The notes under the pieces were generated by a model, which saw only the letters and a list, made by a program, of their open reading frames with translations, had not been told where the DNA came from and ran no database searches. Positions 36,751 to 50,144 of a stretch of 64,000 nt of DNA are shown piece after piece. This DNA is from Somniosus microcephalus (lineage: Eukaryota): contig CM126223.1 in assembly GCA_052327205.1 (NCBI GenBank), forward strand, positions 69,936,001-70,000,000. The letters run 5' to 3'. The position numbers and the translations under genes were made by a program. How positions within the stretch are numbered: position 1 is the stretch's first letter; every line of letters starts with the position of its first letter.

Positions 36751-36765
36751 TAAAGCATGATTTTT

Positions 36766-36824
36766 TTTTGTAGAGCTTGTGCAAATCTAGTGTGTTTTTG
36801 TAGAGCTTGTGCAAATCTATTGTG
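36766..36824. repeat. Tandem duplication, period 30
   Basis: TTTTGTAGAGCTTGTGCAAATCTA.TGTG occurs twice. Confidence 0.8.
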
Positions 36825-38184
36825 TTATAGCAGGAATCATGTCCTCTTGCTTTTCATCTAACATATTATCCGCAGTTACAAATAAATTAATGGCAACTGC
36901 AAGCCAAGGCTCAGTGCACAATTTCTCTTCCCTTCTCTGTAGTGTTTCTTCCTGCTTTACACCACTTTCTCCCAGGTTACAGCCAATGCCGGTTATGAAT
37001 TCAGGTCTGCCATAGATACCTTCTCTGGTTCAGTGGCATCAGTCGCTCCTGTAAATGATCTGTGTCTCTTACTTTTTTGGGAGCGACTTTCAGTGTCCTA
37101 TATCTGCTTGTATAACAGCATAACCCAGCCTGTAACAATAGCATCCCTATGTAACCTGGATTGGATATTTGCATCTTTTGTACATATATCGCTTCAATTT
37201 CTCTGATGGCAGATCAAGTTAATACTGGAAGAAGTGAATTTTTATTGAATTTATAAACTGAATTATTCCAAATTGAGGCGATACATACACAGTAACAAGT
37301 ATGATGAGAGTCACCACTTAGTTCAAATTGGTACAACTTCTATCCGTGTAACGATATGAAATAAAGGACATGCAATGCTACTCCCAATTCAGTGGGTCAT
37401 CTCACTTGACAAAATAACTCCATTGTATTCTGTCGTACCAGCCAAGGAAAAACTTCTCTCCCTGCAGTCTCCTGTCCATTACAAAAAAAATCTTCTACCA
37501 ACATCTCGCTGCCTGAGTTTTTGGTGTCTGTTTCTTTTTAAAAAGCCTGTCTCTGGTATCAGCATTTAGTCAAAACTGACTAACCCCACTCCCCCAGAGC
37601 TGAGTCCATCAGCCTAACTTGACAATGACCCCTGTTGAGTTCAAATGAATAGGACTGGCACAGCAGGAATGAGTGCGGATGGTTGGTAGAACATCAAATT
37701 ATCTTTCATTGTTTACAGGATGCTGATTTCAGACATCCTGCCTGAAAATTAATATACACCTGCAAGCCCTACTGTCCTAAGTTTTTAAAGCAATCTTCAA
37801 GTTAAAAATCACATTTTAAAGTAACTCATATTTTAGACCCTTCCCATGGAAAATCGTCTAAACCAACCCCACCCAGCAACATGACAGCTTCCTATAACCA
37901 ACCACCAGGAGGGGCCAATGCCGCTCCACGAATCTCCCCTCTTCCCCCCGATGGCAGAAACAACAGTTTCATTGCAGCTTACTTGTTTGATGGGTATTAG
38001 GATAATTTAGTGTAAAATGTCCAGATTATTGAGGCATAAGGCAAACTGGTAGAGTGAAGATTAAAGTTAATGTGTAGTTGAAAAGCAAAACTGTACTATT
38101 TTCTCACCCAAACCCATATTAATAAACTCATTAGGATTGTTCACAGTGAAACCAGCTAGCCAAGTTAGCATGTTGTGCAAGTAC

Positions 38185-38298
38185 CTTGCGGTCTCCACCA
38201 CTGCAATCCTGGTAGTATTTGTGATATAGCAGGTCGCGAGCAAAAGATGCCATTGGCTGCACATAGCGAGCAGTAATTTCATCAAGGTCTTCAAATTC
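38185..38298 (-). CDS. SUPT6H: SUPT6H exon ([38 protein letters not shown])
   Basis: AG/GT boundaries, 114 nt. Confidence 0.95.
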
Positions 38299-38490
38299 CT
38301 GGATAATGAAATTGCAGATCAAAAACTAAGAAACTTATAATGCAAGATGTGCTTTTCAGTAAGATACATAAACATACAATGTATATATCACTATAAACAT
38401 TTGCAGAACCACTTTAATTTAAAAACCTCACTATACATTTTACACCAAGGTGTTTCATGCTCTGCAGAGATACGCCTCAAACATCTGAAC

Positions 38491-38617
38491 CAACGTCTCC
38501 TCTAAATTTTGCCCCCTGCGTGGGCCCTATAAATTTGCTGCGTGGTATCTCTTCCAGTGGTGGCTTGCGCGGTACTTCACGATTGGTGTGCAGCCGCGCG
38601 CCTTAGGGGGAACATTG
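38491..38617. mobile_element. Tiny hAT MITE (127 bp) with 8-bp TSD
   Basis: TIRs CAACGTCTCCTCTAA / TTAGGGGGAACATTG. ATCTGAAC duplicated at 38483-38490 and 38618-38625. Confidence 0.82.
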
Positions 38618-38935
38618 ATCTGAACCCAAGTGTAAAATGTGTCTAAAAGAAAAGCTGAATATTGAAAATGCACGAAGCTATACATGTCACATTACAGATC
38701 ATTTACTGTAAATTTGAAGCCAACAATAACCAGTATCAAATCTGTATTTTAATTGTAAATAAAAGCAGATAAAAATTAGAATTAGAGAAAAAACGATGCA
38801 ATTATTTTGAGGACACTGTGGTGCCTACTCTGAGCAACAGAATTTCCACATATTTCACTAGATACAAATGCAATGAAACTTCATAAAATGTATACTGAAC
38901 TTACAATAAATATGAAGACGTGCTTTTGCCCCTAC

Positions 38936-39174
38936 CTCATTGTTGATCAAAAGAGACTGTCCCAAACTGAAGGCATTCTCTTTGCCTTCTTCTCTCACAT
39001 CTATATGTTGATAGATCCCATCTATCACTTTCCAGGTTACAGTGAGGTGATTTGCTCCTTTGCTGCTGGGTCTGATGATAACATCTCCTTGGTCCATGGT
39101 CTCCATCATCTTCTCGGCCTGCTTGAAGTTGATATTGTGGAATGACGGGTGCACTATTACTCGCTTGATGTATG
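38936..39174 (-). CDS. SUPT6H: SUPT6H exon ([39 protein letters not shown]...LINNE)
   Basis: AG/GT boundaries, 239 nt; SH2 domain IRPSSKG. Confidence 0.96.
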
Positions 39175-39514
39175 CTACGGAAGAGTTAGCAAGTTAATAT
39201 TAATAAAGCAGGATTCATTTTTCTTTTAAAATGCAAACATTTCAGTTTTTACGTACTATTGACTTATTATACCTGCAACTTCGTAAGTTTGCAAAACTAG
39301 AAAGTTTTAAGATGAATGCTTTCTCAGATGACAGGAAACAAAAGCAGCCTCCAAATAAGTCTAAGGCCTCTTCTGAAGTTGTGTTACATTTAAAAGATAA
39401 GAGGACTAGCTTGGAGGTTAATGCTTACAGCAAATTAATGGATCAACTGGAAACTGCGCTCAACAGACAGGTTTTCAATATAAAGAATTCAAATATTATC
39501 CTGTTGAGCATCTA

Positions 39515-39802
39515 CAGGAAACTTTTTTTTTATCTGGCACGGACAGGACCGAGGTGGTGCCGGTTCATCAAAAATTCCGGATAACCGAACGCTATAGTAA
39601 AAGATACGGAGAAACCCTGTGCTTCAAAACAATGGCCACAAGTTGCAAGCGTCTCTGTAGCTTAGCAACAGCTGCAGCCACACCCTTGCACAGCAACACA
39701 TGGAGGAAGGCAAGTAATAAAAGTTACCTGAACCTACTCCTGAATTTTGCCGGTTAACGAGATTTCCGGTTATTTAGGTGCCGGTAAATCGAAAGTTTCC
39801 TG
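39515..39802 (-). mobile_element. Tigger/pogo-like MITE, family A copy 3 (reverse orientation)
   Basis: TA-CAGGAAACTTT...GAAAGTTTCCTG-TA. Confidence 0.85.
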
Positions 39803-39818
39803 TATTAGAGTGACTCAC

Positions 39819-40014
39819 TTGTGCGCTGCTGTTTCTTCTTTGCATCATCTTCTACTTTGTGGTCTGCTGCCTCAGAATCAAAGTCATAATACGTGTCCTT
39901 GGGCAACTTCCATTCATTGTTCTTGTCCATCAGATCGGACGTTCGACACGTAAGGTCCACACTAAATTTTTCAATGTCTATCTTCATTATTCTGCAGTGC
40001 ACAGTCATACCAAT
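39819..40014 (-). CDS. SUPT6H: SUPT6H exon ([28 protein letters not shown]...KKKQQRT)
   Basis: AG/GT boundaries, 196 nt; the preceding intron is only 85 nt. Confidence 0.95.
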
Positions 40015-40099
40015 CTACAAGGGAACAGCGGTGGTCAATTATATATCCAGTCAGATATCTACCAACATTGGAAATGGTTTGTAATAAAATAATCTCTAC

Positions 40100-40240
40100 C
40101 TTGACCCTTTCTTCGGGGTGTTTAACGTTTTTGTCACTGAGGAATTTTGTTGGAATGAAACCTGTAACGTTGTTGTCTAGCCTTGTTTTCACTCCTATAG
40201 CCTGGCCAGGACAGGCACCGCTGTCAAAATGATTCCAAAC
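40100..40240 (-). CDS. SUPT6H: SUPT6H exon ([47 protein letters not shown])
   Basis: AG/GT boundaries, 141 nt; S1 domain. Confidence 0.95.
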
Positions 40241-40469
40241 CTGGGGGGGAAAAAGACAAGCTTTTAAGAGCAACTTCAATTATTTAGTAATTGAGTTTTT
40301 CTGCTTAAAGAATGTGAGGGACAATGATGCGGAAGAAAGTAACAATGGCCAAGCTCACATCCATCTGCAGTACTATGCACTCCTTCAAAGTAACAGACAT
40401 GCTGAGGGAGAAAAAATATCCTTTTCTTTTGATTTTTACACTGTAAATAGATCTTCAGGCAGAAAGCCA

Positions 40470-40866
40470 GGCTTGCATTTATATAGTGCCTTTCATGGCC
40501 TTAGGATGCCCAAAGTGCTTTCCAGCCAATAAAGTACTTTTCAAGTGTAGTCACTGTTGTAATGTAGGAAACACGGCAGCCAATTTGTAAACAAGCTCCC
40601 ACAAATAGCAATCTGATAAATGACCAGATCATCTATTTTTCAGTGATGTTGGTTGAAGGATAAATATTGGCCAGGATACTGGGGAGAACTCCCTTGCTCT
40701 GCTTCAAACTAGTGCCATGGGGTCTTTTACGTTCACTTGGAAGGGCAGACGGGGCCTGGGTTTAACGTCTCATCCGAAAGATGGCACCTCTGACATTGCA
40801 GCACCCCTCAGTACTGCACTGGAGTGTCAGCCTGGATTATGTGCTCAAGTCTCTGGAGTGGGACTT
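40470..40866 (-). mobile_element. DeuSINE (SacSINE1-like)
   Basis: Reverse complement of most of the 12242-12705 copy. Confidence 0.8.
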
Positions 40867-40950
40867 TAAGAAAAGAAAATGCTGAATTGTAAAACATACA
40901 TTAAAAAAAATATTCCCCAAACACACACACCAAATTTGAGAACAGTGCTA

Positions 40951-41118
<168 letters not shown>

Positions 41119-41216
41119 TTAAAAACATAGGAAATCCAGCAAACTTGCAGATTTAAAAAATGTTTAATATTGCTTTTCTAATTTTATGCATTAGCCACCA
41201 GTGAGAAAAACCTTAC

Positions 41217-41364
41217 CAATGTAAAACGTCTCCGGAGTTTCTTTCGTTAGCATGTTGAAAATCTCCTCCGAGTTTGGTGCGCGGCATGGTACACGCAAAT
41301 CCTTATACCTGCAGCTCAGCTCAGCTCGAATATCATACAGTGTGATACCTTTGTTACCGTAGCC
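41217..41364 (-). CDS. SUPT6H: SUPT6H exon ([26 protein letters not shown]...TPETFYI)
   Basis: AG/GT boundaries, 148 nt. Confidence 0.94.
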
Positions 41365-41489
41365 CTGTTAATGATAAGTTAGAATAGATCACTCCAGTGT
41401 AAACTAGACACTGAAAATTATTTGTTCTGCTAGTTAATTAGTACTCGCTGGAAGTAATGTTCATTACAATTCACAAAAAATTAAAACTT

Positions 41490-42055
41490 CTGCTGAATTT
41501 TAATCAGCTGTGGCAAACATGCATATTTGCAAATATAGACTGCATTCTTGAGCTGACACATAGGTTTGAATTTTAATCGGGAGGGTGGCGGTTCTAGGAA
41601 GCAATCGGGAATGGGTTTCTCCACAGGCCCTGCTGAATTTAATGGCAGGGCCTGATTTGCATTGGAAACCTCTGTTTCGCACCCGCAGCCGGCCAGATCG
41701 AGTGGCTGGCTGGCTGCGGGCGGGTAGACCTGCGGCACTAGGCTGTGGAGGGAGGGAGCATCGGGAGGGCCGGAGGAGCGGTGAGGGGGGTGAGCATCAG
41801 AAGGCTGGGGGCAGCATGATCGGGGCGGGGCCTGCAAAACCCAACCAGCTACAGTTAAATTTAAAAAGGTGGTTAAATCTGAGACATGCCAGCTTCATTG
41901 TATTTAAATGGGCGACGTGCCTACTGGGAGCGGGTTGGCTGCTTGCCCCCTGTCCCACCTCTTAAAACTGGACGTGGGCGGGTTGGGATTCAGACCTTTA
42001 ACACTTTAACTTCCCACCCGACCCCAACCCACTTTTTTGGGATAAAATCCCCCCA
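41490..42055. mobile_element. GC-rich non-autonomous Harbinger-type element(s)
   Basis: Ends of the TGAATTTTAATC ... TAAAATCCCCCC type around a GC-rich interior, within an AT-rich intron. Confidence 0.5.
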
Positions 42056-42261
42056 CCCATACACAGAATTATTCACAGCACACTTCACAGAATATTCCTT
42101 TCCTAACATGTTAGCTTACTAATAATTTTTCTAAAGTCAGAGTGTGATTTTAAGTACTGTATGCGGAGGTGTAGGTATAAAATTAAATTCACAAATGTTA
42201 AATGGAACTTTAAAAAAAAACTTGAACAGCAGTGAGTTTCAGGGAAAAATACCTCAAAATA

Positions 42262-42515
42262 CAGGTTGAGCGTCCTGAATCCGGCAACCTCAGGACCGAG
42301 GCCGAGCCGGTTTTAGTGTTTATCCGGACTTCAGAATGTGTTTCTGATGTCCGAAGTCCGGAAATATCGCAACCTGGGCTCAGGCGTTTCCGGACTTCGG
42401 ACATCAGAAACAGGTTCCGAAATGCCTGGGCCCAGGTTGCGGTGTCCGGATTCCAGACGACCCTGCCACCAATCGTCCTGGATTCCGGAACTCCGGGTTT
42501 TGGACGCTCAACCTG
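42262..42515. mobile_element. Tigger-like MITE, family B, internally palindromic
   Basis: TA-CAGGTTGAGCGTCC...GGACGCTCAACCTG-TA TIRs (MER46/Tigger4-like ends); internal inverted block TGTTTCTGATGTCCGAAGTCCGGAAA / TTTCCGGACTTCGGACATCAGAAACA. Confidence 0.85.
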
Positions 42516-43005
42516 TACATGCTTTTTTTGGGGGGGAAGAAGGGAGTTACTTTCAAGTAGTAAAACAATAGAGATTTCCCACAAATAATTTTGCGTAATT
42601 TGAGCAGCTTGTTAATTAAACTGATGGTACTAATTGGTATATGCTACACAAAGCAATAATTTGATCATTTAATCTTAGTTAGGGTTACAACTGGGAACAC
42701 CCAGGACCTTAAGTGGAAGAAACAAATACGCTGTGCAAATACATGGGCAGGTTTGTGCTCAGTTGAGAAGCCCTCCCAAAACAGGCTGTTGTCATTGACT
42801 GTCGACTCTCGCACATGATTAGGTACCAGAAGGCTGGTAGTGCCTTTGAAATTGCACCACAGCAAGTTAGCATTGTCAGGATAGAAGGAGAAAAAACAGG
42901 AAAATACCACTGTATCAAGCACAAAGACGACAAGAGCTTTTTGAAGGTTCATTACACGTTATACCGTTCATGTATAATAAGGATTTGAAAAAGAATTGCC
43001 CGTCA

Positions 43006-43404
<399 letters not shown>

Positions 43405-43754
43405 TCACTGTCAGCAAAAGATAAAAGGAAATAAATATTCCTTCCTTGTCAAATTTAGTTTTCTTTATATACATAACATTTTTTCTAATGCGTTGAGCAT
43501 AAAATTTTATATCCTATCCACTTTAAGTAATTTATAAGTCAACGAGAAGAACCGTTTAAGTGAGTTGGGGGAAATTTGCTCAGCAATGATTAACAAAGCA
43601 AACTGGAGAGATAATTGGGGCGGTACTTTAGTTCCGTCAACATTACTCAAAATAGACAAATTACAATGGTATGACTAATATTTATTAATAATCAACTTTC
43701 ATTCTTCTTTCAAATTCATAATAACTTGGCTACTTAGTGATTGAAAACTTCATA

Positions 43755-44077
43755 CAGGAAACTTTTTTTTATCCGGCACCGACGGGACCGACGTGGTGCT
43801 GGTTCATCAAAAATTCCAGATAACCGAAAGCTATAGTAAAAGATACGGAGCTGAGAGCTCTGTATAAAGCAACAAACCCTGTTGCTTAGCAACAGGTTCA
43901 GAACAATGGCCACAAGTTCCAAGTGTCTCTGTAGCTTAGCAACAGCTGCAGCCACACCCTTGCGCAGCAACAGATCGAGGAAGGCAAGTAATAAAACTTA
44001 CCTGAACCTACTCCTGAATTTTGCTGGTTAACCGAGATTTCTGGTTATTTAGGTGCCGGTAAATCGAAAGTTTCCTG
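43755..44077 (-). mobile_element. Tigger/pogo-like MITE, family A copy 4 (reverse orientation)
   Basis: TA-CAGGAAACTTT...GAAAGTTTCCTG-TA; closely similar to copy 3. Confidence 0.85.
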
Positions 44078-44843
44078 TATCATTAATTGTACAAAATATC
44101 AAAATATATATTCAATTTTTTCCTCACTACCAATTCTCTTCATTTCAATACATGAAAACAAGGCAGCTTTTGTCACTTAGTTAGGTTAAAAGGTGGGAGT
44201 ACATAATCGTGTGCTGTGGCCACATCCAGTCCTGCTCATCATGAAGGAGAGTGTATATATATGACAATAACTTATACAAGAATTGCTGAGTACAACAATC
44301 CACAACATGTCAATGATTAGGAGGGGATAATAGATTTGGTCAAATTATCACTCATTTGAATGATTATTGCCAAAATTTTTCAAAATGCAGGCAACAGAAA
44401 TAGAGGGTTAAACAGTAAAGCTGGGATGCACAGTGAAATATAATTCAGTCAAATATCATTCTAGAATTCAATATTTGAGATAAAACTCAATGAATAGCTT
44501 TTCTCAAGTTTAAAGAACTTGATTTACATTTTATACTCATGCTAATTATGCCCATGATGCATTATGAAGTAGTATATTCTGGAAGACAGCGCCCATATCC
44601 AAAAAGGTGAAAATGGAAGGAAGGGAACACAATTTTTGTTTTGAGGTCATATTGATCACAAATAATGCAGACATTAGTGCAACAGTGGATGCAAGAGCAG
44701 TTAGGTAGCTGCAGACCTCTGGGGCGCTACACTATCAGATACCTATACAACTGCGATTGTCAAATTACTGGAAAACTATGCAGGGTTTTGTTCAATATTG
44801 CACAAAATTTCACAAACTGTACTTCTATATTATTAAGACTAAC

Positions 44844-44971
44844 CTGTCCCCTAATGATGCAGTATCTATTTTAATAAAGCCTGCACAATTGATGAATACT
44901 TTTGGACCCATATGGCACATCGTAACGAGCTGGGTCCTGTTTTCCAGGCGAGTGTTATTCTGTTTGAGGAT
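44844..44971 (-). CDS. SUPT6H: SUPT6H exon ([42 protein letters not shown])
   Basis: AG/GT boundaries, 128 nt. Confidence 0.95.
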
Positions 44972-47278
44972 CTGCATAAGAAAATAATGATAGCCTGTTA
45001 GTTGTAGTCTGTACAGAAGTCAAAAGCATAATCCTGCTGCAGCAGCATCTGACAGAATTAAATTATAAATGTTTGCTTTACACTACACATCTTATTCTTC
45101 AAAACCAATGCAATTATCTGGCTATACACCACATCAGTAATTCTTATGATGTAAAATGGTTTGGAAAGTCTTCATTTCCTTGAATAGTGACATTTCCAGC
45201 CAAAACAAAAACTAAGCAACCCCCAAATAATTAAATGCATAAATCAGATGTTGCAGTATTATTACACAAATCACAGCTTTCAGTAATGTTCTAGTAACGC
45301 AAGTGTTTTTAGGCACATGACCATCCGCTCTAACATTCCTTCAGGCTCCTTTCTTTGATTCTCAAAACAAATAGCCCGATAATCTCATTTCCTAATAGGA
45401 AGTCATCCAAAACGTTAAAAAAAGTGCATGGCTTTCTGTTCCACTACTCCTGCTAGTAATTGGTCACAATTCTGTCACACTCTTATTAAAAAAAGTTACT
45501 TCAATTATCTACATTTTTGGGCACACTTAACTTTAATAAACTGTGACGCTCCTTGAGTCCTGTGCCCAAAAGAACTTCTCTGGATCCAAATTCTACATGA
45601 CCATAAACATTTTCAAGACCTCTATCAAGTCAACCCTCTCGCTCCTCTCCACCCTTCCAGAGAGGGTGGACAGTCTTTCCTTCTAACCTAATTTCATGAA
45701 TCAGCAGTGACGTTCTCCTCTGGGCTCTCTCTTTTAATTCTACATCTTTCCTGTGAGACAAACCAAAATTGAACATGGTGCTCCAAATATGGCCATACTA
45801 AAGCCGGATACAACTTCCAACATCACCATCTTTACCTCTTGGTTATACATACCAACATTTTATTTGCTTTCTTGACTACCCGCAGATGCTGACCAGATGG
45901 TTTTAACTACCTATTCACCAAAACTCACAGAACTCTTACCCGCTTTGTTCCCACAAGTGCATTACTATATAACATCTACTCCACATTCTCACTTCCTATA
46001 CCAATCTCACGTCTTTACAAGTTATTGTCCTTTGAAGTACTGATATGATGGCGTTTTAGATAAAAGTTATTTGCTTTCGTTGGGAATGCTGAATTCAACA
46101 AAACGCCAACATAAAAACCTAGTTAGCATACAACGTCTTACTGTGCAATTAAGTGCTCAAATCTTGGCATCTAATCAAACATTTCAGATGATCAAATTGC
46201 ATCAAGATGGCACCTCTGCAATATGCACAATAAACACTTTGCCAGAATAGGAGCTCTGGAATTGCTAGATTCATTGAATTACACCGATTCAGCATGTTTT
46301 CTGCAGCACTTCCCTTCAAGTCCGAAAGGTTTCTAAAAAGGAGTCTACCACGTGTATGTTCCAGAAACAGTTCTTGTTTTTTGCCACAAAAGTATACATC
46401 TTGTAATAATTTTCTGTGGAACTTCTGATTAAATTTTGATATTCACACTATCTTTCTCACCCCCTTAAAAAAAAATTCCCCAATACAAGAAATGTGTTTA
46501 ATTAAACCCCCCCCCCAAAAAAATGAATAAACATATTTTCCAATTCTTGTCTTATTAAAACAAAAGCAAAGTAAGACTCTCCACAGATGCTGACTGATCT
46601 GCTGAGTATTTCCAGCATTTTCTGTTTTTATTTTTCTGACGTAAGTTATGCAACTCATACAATTAGATGCACTAATCAATGTTTAGCATTAATCCATGTT
46701 TAGCACCATTTGCTTTCCTAACTGCTTGCTGTACCTGCATATTAACTTTCAGTGATTCGTGTACAAGGACACCCAGGTCCTTCTGAACACCAACATTACC
46801 CAATCGCTCACCTAAGGATGCTAAGGAGCATCCATATAAGTTACAATAGCATAGAAGTGTAGGTTGCACCATGTCAGGATGGAACTGGCTGGATAGACCA
46901 GCTGTACTTTATGTATGTTTGTAGGTCAACTGATCTTTAATAAACAAAGCACTCAAATGCTACTGTTGTAAATGATTGCAGTTTATTTATTGGTGCGGTT
47001 CATTATTTTTTTTCAACTTTCACATAAATTAAGTTTTCACTGGATATAGGATTATTTTAAATATTTCTCTTATGCCTCCCTTCCCCCTCAATGCACTTCG
47101 CCCCCCCAAGTGTTGTATACTTGAGATAAAATTTTAAGCAGCCTGGATTTACAACATGGGAGGTTTGGCTGACCAGCCGCAGCTTTCTGTTATTAGTATT
47201 ATACAGTGCCTATTACAATTGACAAGAACATGACCAGAGAATCAGCCCTAATCAGTGGTCTTCAGTTTACTTTCTTAC

Positions 47279-47446
47279 CTTCTGTAGGTGTGATCCTTTA
47301 CGAGGTCCGAGACCACAGACGTACTGAACCAGTGCCTGAGTATGTGGATGGGTTATTGCTCGGTTTACATCCACGCCTACTTCATTCACTCGGTTTATGA
47401 ACTCACAGTAAAGTGCATTCAATAATTCTTCTTTTATGACTTGTTC
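47279..47446 (-). CDS. SUPT6H: SUPT6H exon ([28 protein letters not shown]...[12 protein letters not shown])
   Basis: AG/GT boundaries, 168 nt; HhH motif GLGPRKG. Confidence 0.95.
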
Positions 47447-47935
47447 CTGATGGGTAGAAAAAGAAATGAAACATGCAAGAAAACACTTTAAAACCTCTTT
47501 CAATTCAGACAGCTCAGTGAGCCGAGGGTGCCGTGATCCACGCAAATGTTTCTCTTTCAGTATGGTAAAGGTACAAGTAACTTTAGGTACTTCACTCCAA
47601 AATTGTTCACTTTTCAACATTAGAGACTGTATCAGAATCTAGCTTTATAGAGTCAACAGCATGTTTTTCACATTCACCCAGCAAAATGAGGCAAGACAGA
47701 GTATACAACAGACACAGCAACATGACACTGACAGTCCCCAATTTAGATTACATTAAGTTGTACGAGTACTCACCAAAAGCTATCACCCATTTTATATTAT
47801 TGCACAAATTCACGATCTATCCTCTTAATTTTATTATTGACAAGATAAAAGGCAGCCAACTTATTTTTCAGTACTTTCCTTTTTAAAAAAAATGGTGTGT
47901 ACAAATGTGAAATATAAAATAACAAGGTAGATTAC

Positions 47936-48073
47936 CTGCAATGGATGGAATTTGAGACAAACAATGTCTTCATCTGAGCTGCAAACTTGAGCAAACTCTA
48001 CAAGTGGATCCTGTACCCGGCGAGCCAATGATACTGCTTGACGTAGCAATGGTGGATAATCCCTAAAATCAGT
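47936..48073 (-). CDS. SUPT6H: SUPT6H exon ([46 protein letters not shown])
   Basis: AG/GT boundaries, 138 nt. Confidence 0.95.
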
Positions 48074-49387
48074 CTAGTGTACAAGAGAACAAAGTTAAAG
48101 AAAGTTTTCTTTTGGTTGAAAGCACAAATCCCTCTATCCTATCTCCAGCCCCTCGATCTCACTAAATCACATTTGCGAGAGGGCTGCCAGCCCTCTGCCA
48201 ATGCCTTTCTTCAGTAGGTTGCTGGGAGACACACAACAGGAACAAAGCATAACAAATGTCCTTCAGATTCCTTTCTCTATGAGGGACATCTGGTCTTCTC
48301 CTGGCACCTCCGACACCAGTGCTGTGGAAATCAGGGACTTAGCCAGAAAACAAGAAAGATCGTGCTCCAAAGTGCTATAAGAATGTGCCACCAACAGATT
48401 TTAAAATGAAGTTAACATTAATGTAATTTAATTTTGAACCACAAGAATGGATCTGTGCTATCAATGAATACTTGTATATTGATTTGAATTTGAGATGCAA
48501 TATCTACAAATATGCTTTCAGTACTTTTATGACGCACAATATACAGCATGTATATTTGACTCAATTTTCTTCTAATACAAGTAAACTTTTCAAATACAGT
48601 AGTCTGCATTTGTTTATAGTTTACAAAATTTGACAGTGAAGCAGTAGGACTCTCACCATAAACTAATGATACTCAGTCACACTGCAGGTATGTGTAGTAT
48701 GTACTACAGACATTTAAAAAAGTGTAGAAAATAATATTGAAATTTTCTAATTTTATATAGTTTGTGATTTACTGTTCTTTTGTACGCTTTTATAAAAAGT
48801 GTGTTTTTTGGCATGTGCTGCTCTATTACATCATTATTGCAACAGGTTTTGTAATTCCCATACAATCCCCAGCTATACTCTCTGTCACCAAATGTAGGAG
48901 GAGGCACTCTTTGGTTTAGAAGACCCAAAGTTCAAGCTTTCCTCTCTGCTCAACATGCAGCAGCTGAGCATTGACTAACTTTGCTAACCGAAGCAAACCC
49001 AGCTCTCATGACAGGCTCAGACCTCCTGGAATGCAAATGATAGCTCATCCACTTCAGCAACAGGTACTTGGCTGCTCAGCTGTTAAGTCATCACTTTGCT
49101 ATTTTTTGGTCTGAAATATTAACTTCGGTGAGATATATAACAACGGGCAACTCTTTGATAGCTGTTGAAGCGACAGCTTGGGAATGGAAGCAGGAAGGGA
49201 AAGAATTGAGGGACAAGTAATGACATTCGATGGAGGTTTGAGAAATTTCAATGAGGGTGGGTAGTAGCACCAATTGAAGGTTACAAAAAATAGGTCAAAA
49301 ATTTGCATTCTAATGATTATGCTGTGTACTCCTAACTAACAAGTTCAGTTACTTCAATTGTGACACTTATATTTACATATTTCTTAC

Positions 49388-49523
49388 CTCTGACTTTTTA
49401 CTATTCATGTAGAGAAGAGCTAGCTCATTGTCCAGCAGCTGCACTCCGATGGGTGACATTTGATGCTCCTGCTCTAATTCATTCACTATTCGTTTTATGT
49501 CCTCTACAACCATAAGTGCATCC
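49388..49523 (-). CDS. SUPT6H: SUPT6H exon ([45 protein letters not shown])
   Basis: AG/GT boundaries, 136 nt. Confidence 0.94.
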
Positions 49524-50144
49524 CTAACAAGAAAAATACTGATATATTAAACACCTGGTGTATGGTGTGCATGTCTTGTCCAAAACATTACTTAATGTAA
49601 GATGTTTAAATGTCAATATTCATAATTGACATAATTATAAAGGAATGGTCAAGAGGACTATAACCAGACCATAACCAATGCTTCTCTGATCATGTAACTA
49701 CAGATGGGCAGGATGAACTGTCCACAGATTTGTCTCCTACCTAGGAAATGTCTGGCCTCCCTAAGACCCCCAAACATATGGGAACCCTATTGGATAAGGA
49801 ACAGTAGCATGTGTGCTCAGTACGTTAGGGTACATATAAACTGTACCACTCAACTGCCTCAAATTAGAGATATTTTCGATGAAGTACAGTAGGTACAGTG
49901 GTTTTAATGTGTAAAAAAAATTGAGTTTTGTCTTGGCAAACTTTCTTGCAGCTACTACAAAGTGTGTTTTTTATTTTAATAAAAAGTCTCAATTAGGATC
50001 TCAACTTTAAACTATTCTCTGCTTAGCAATAATTCCTACATCAGGCTCGGGTGACTTTTGCAAAGATTTCACTGCATCACGGTTATGGTTTAAGCCCCAA
50101 AACCTACTATTTTTTTTACAAAAGGTAAGGTTATAAGACTCTAA

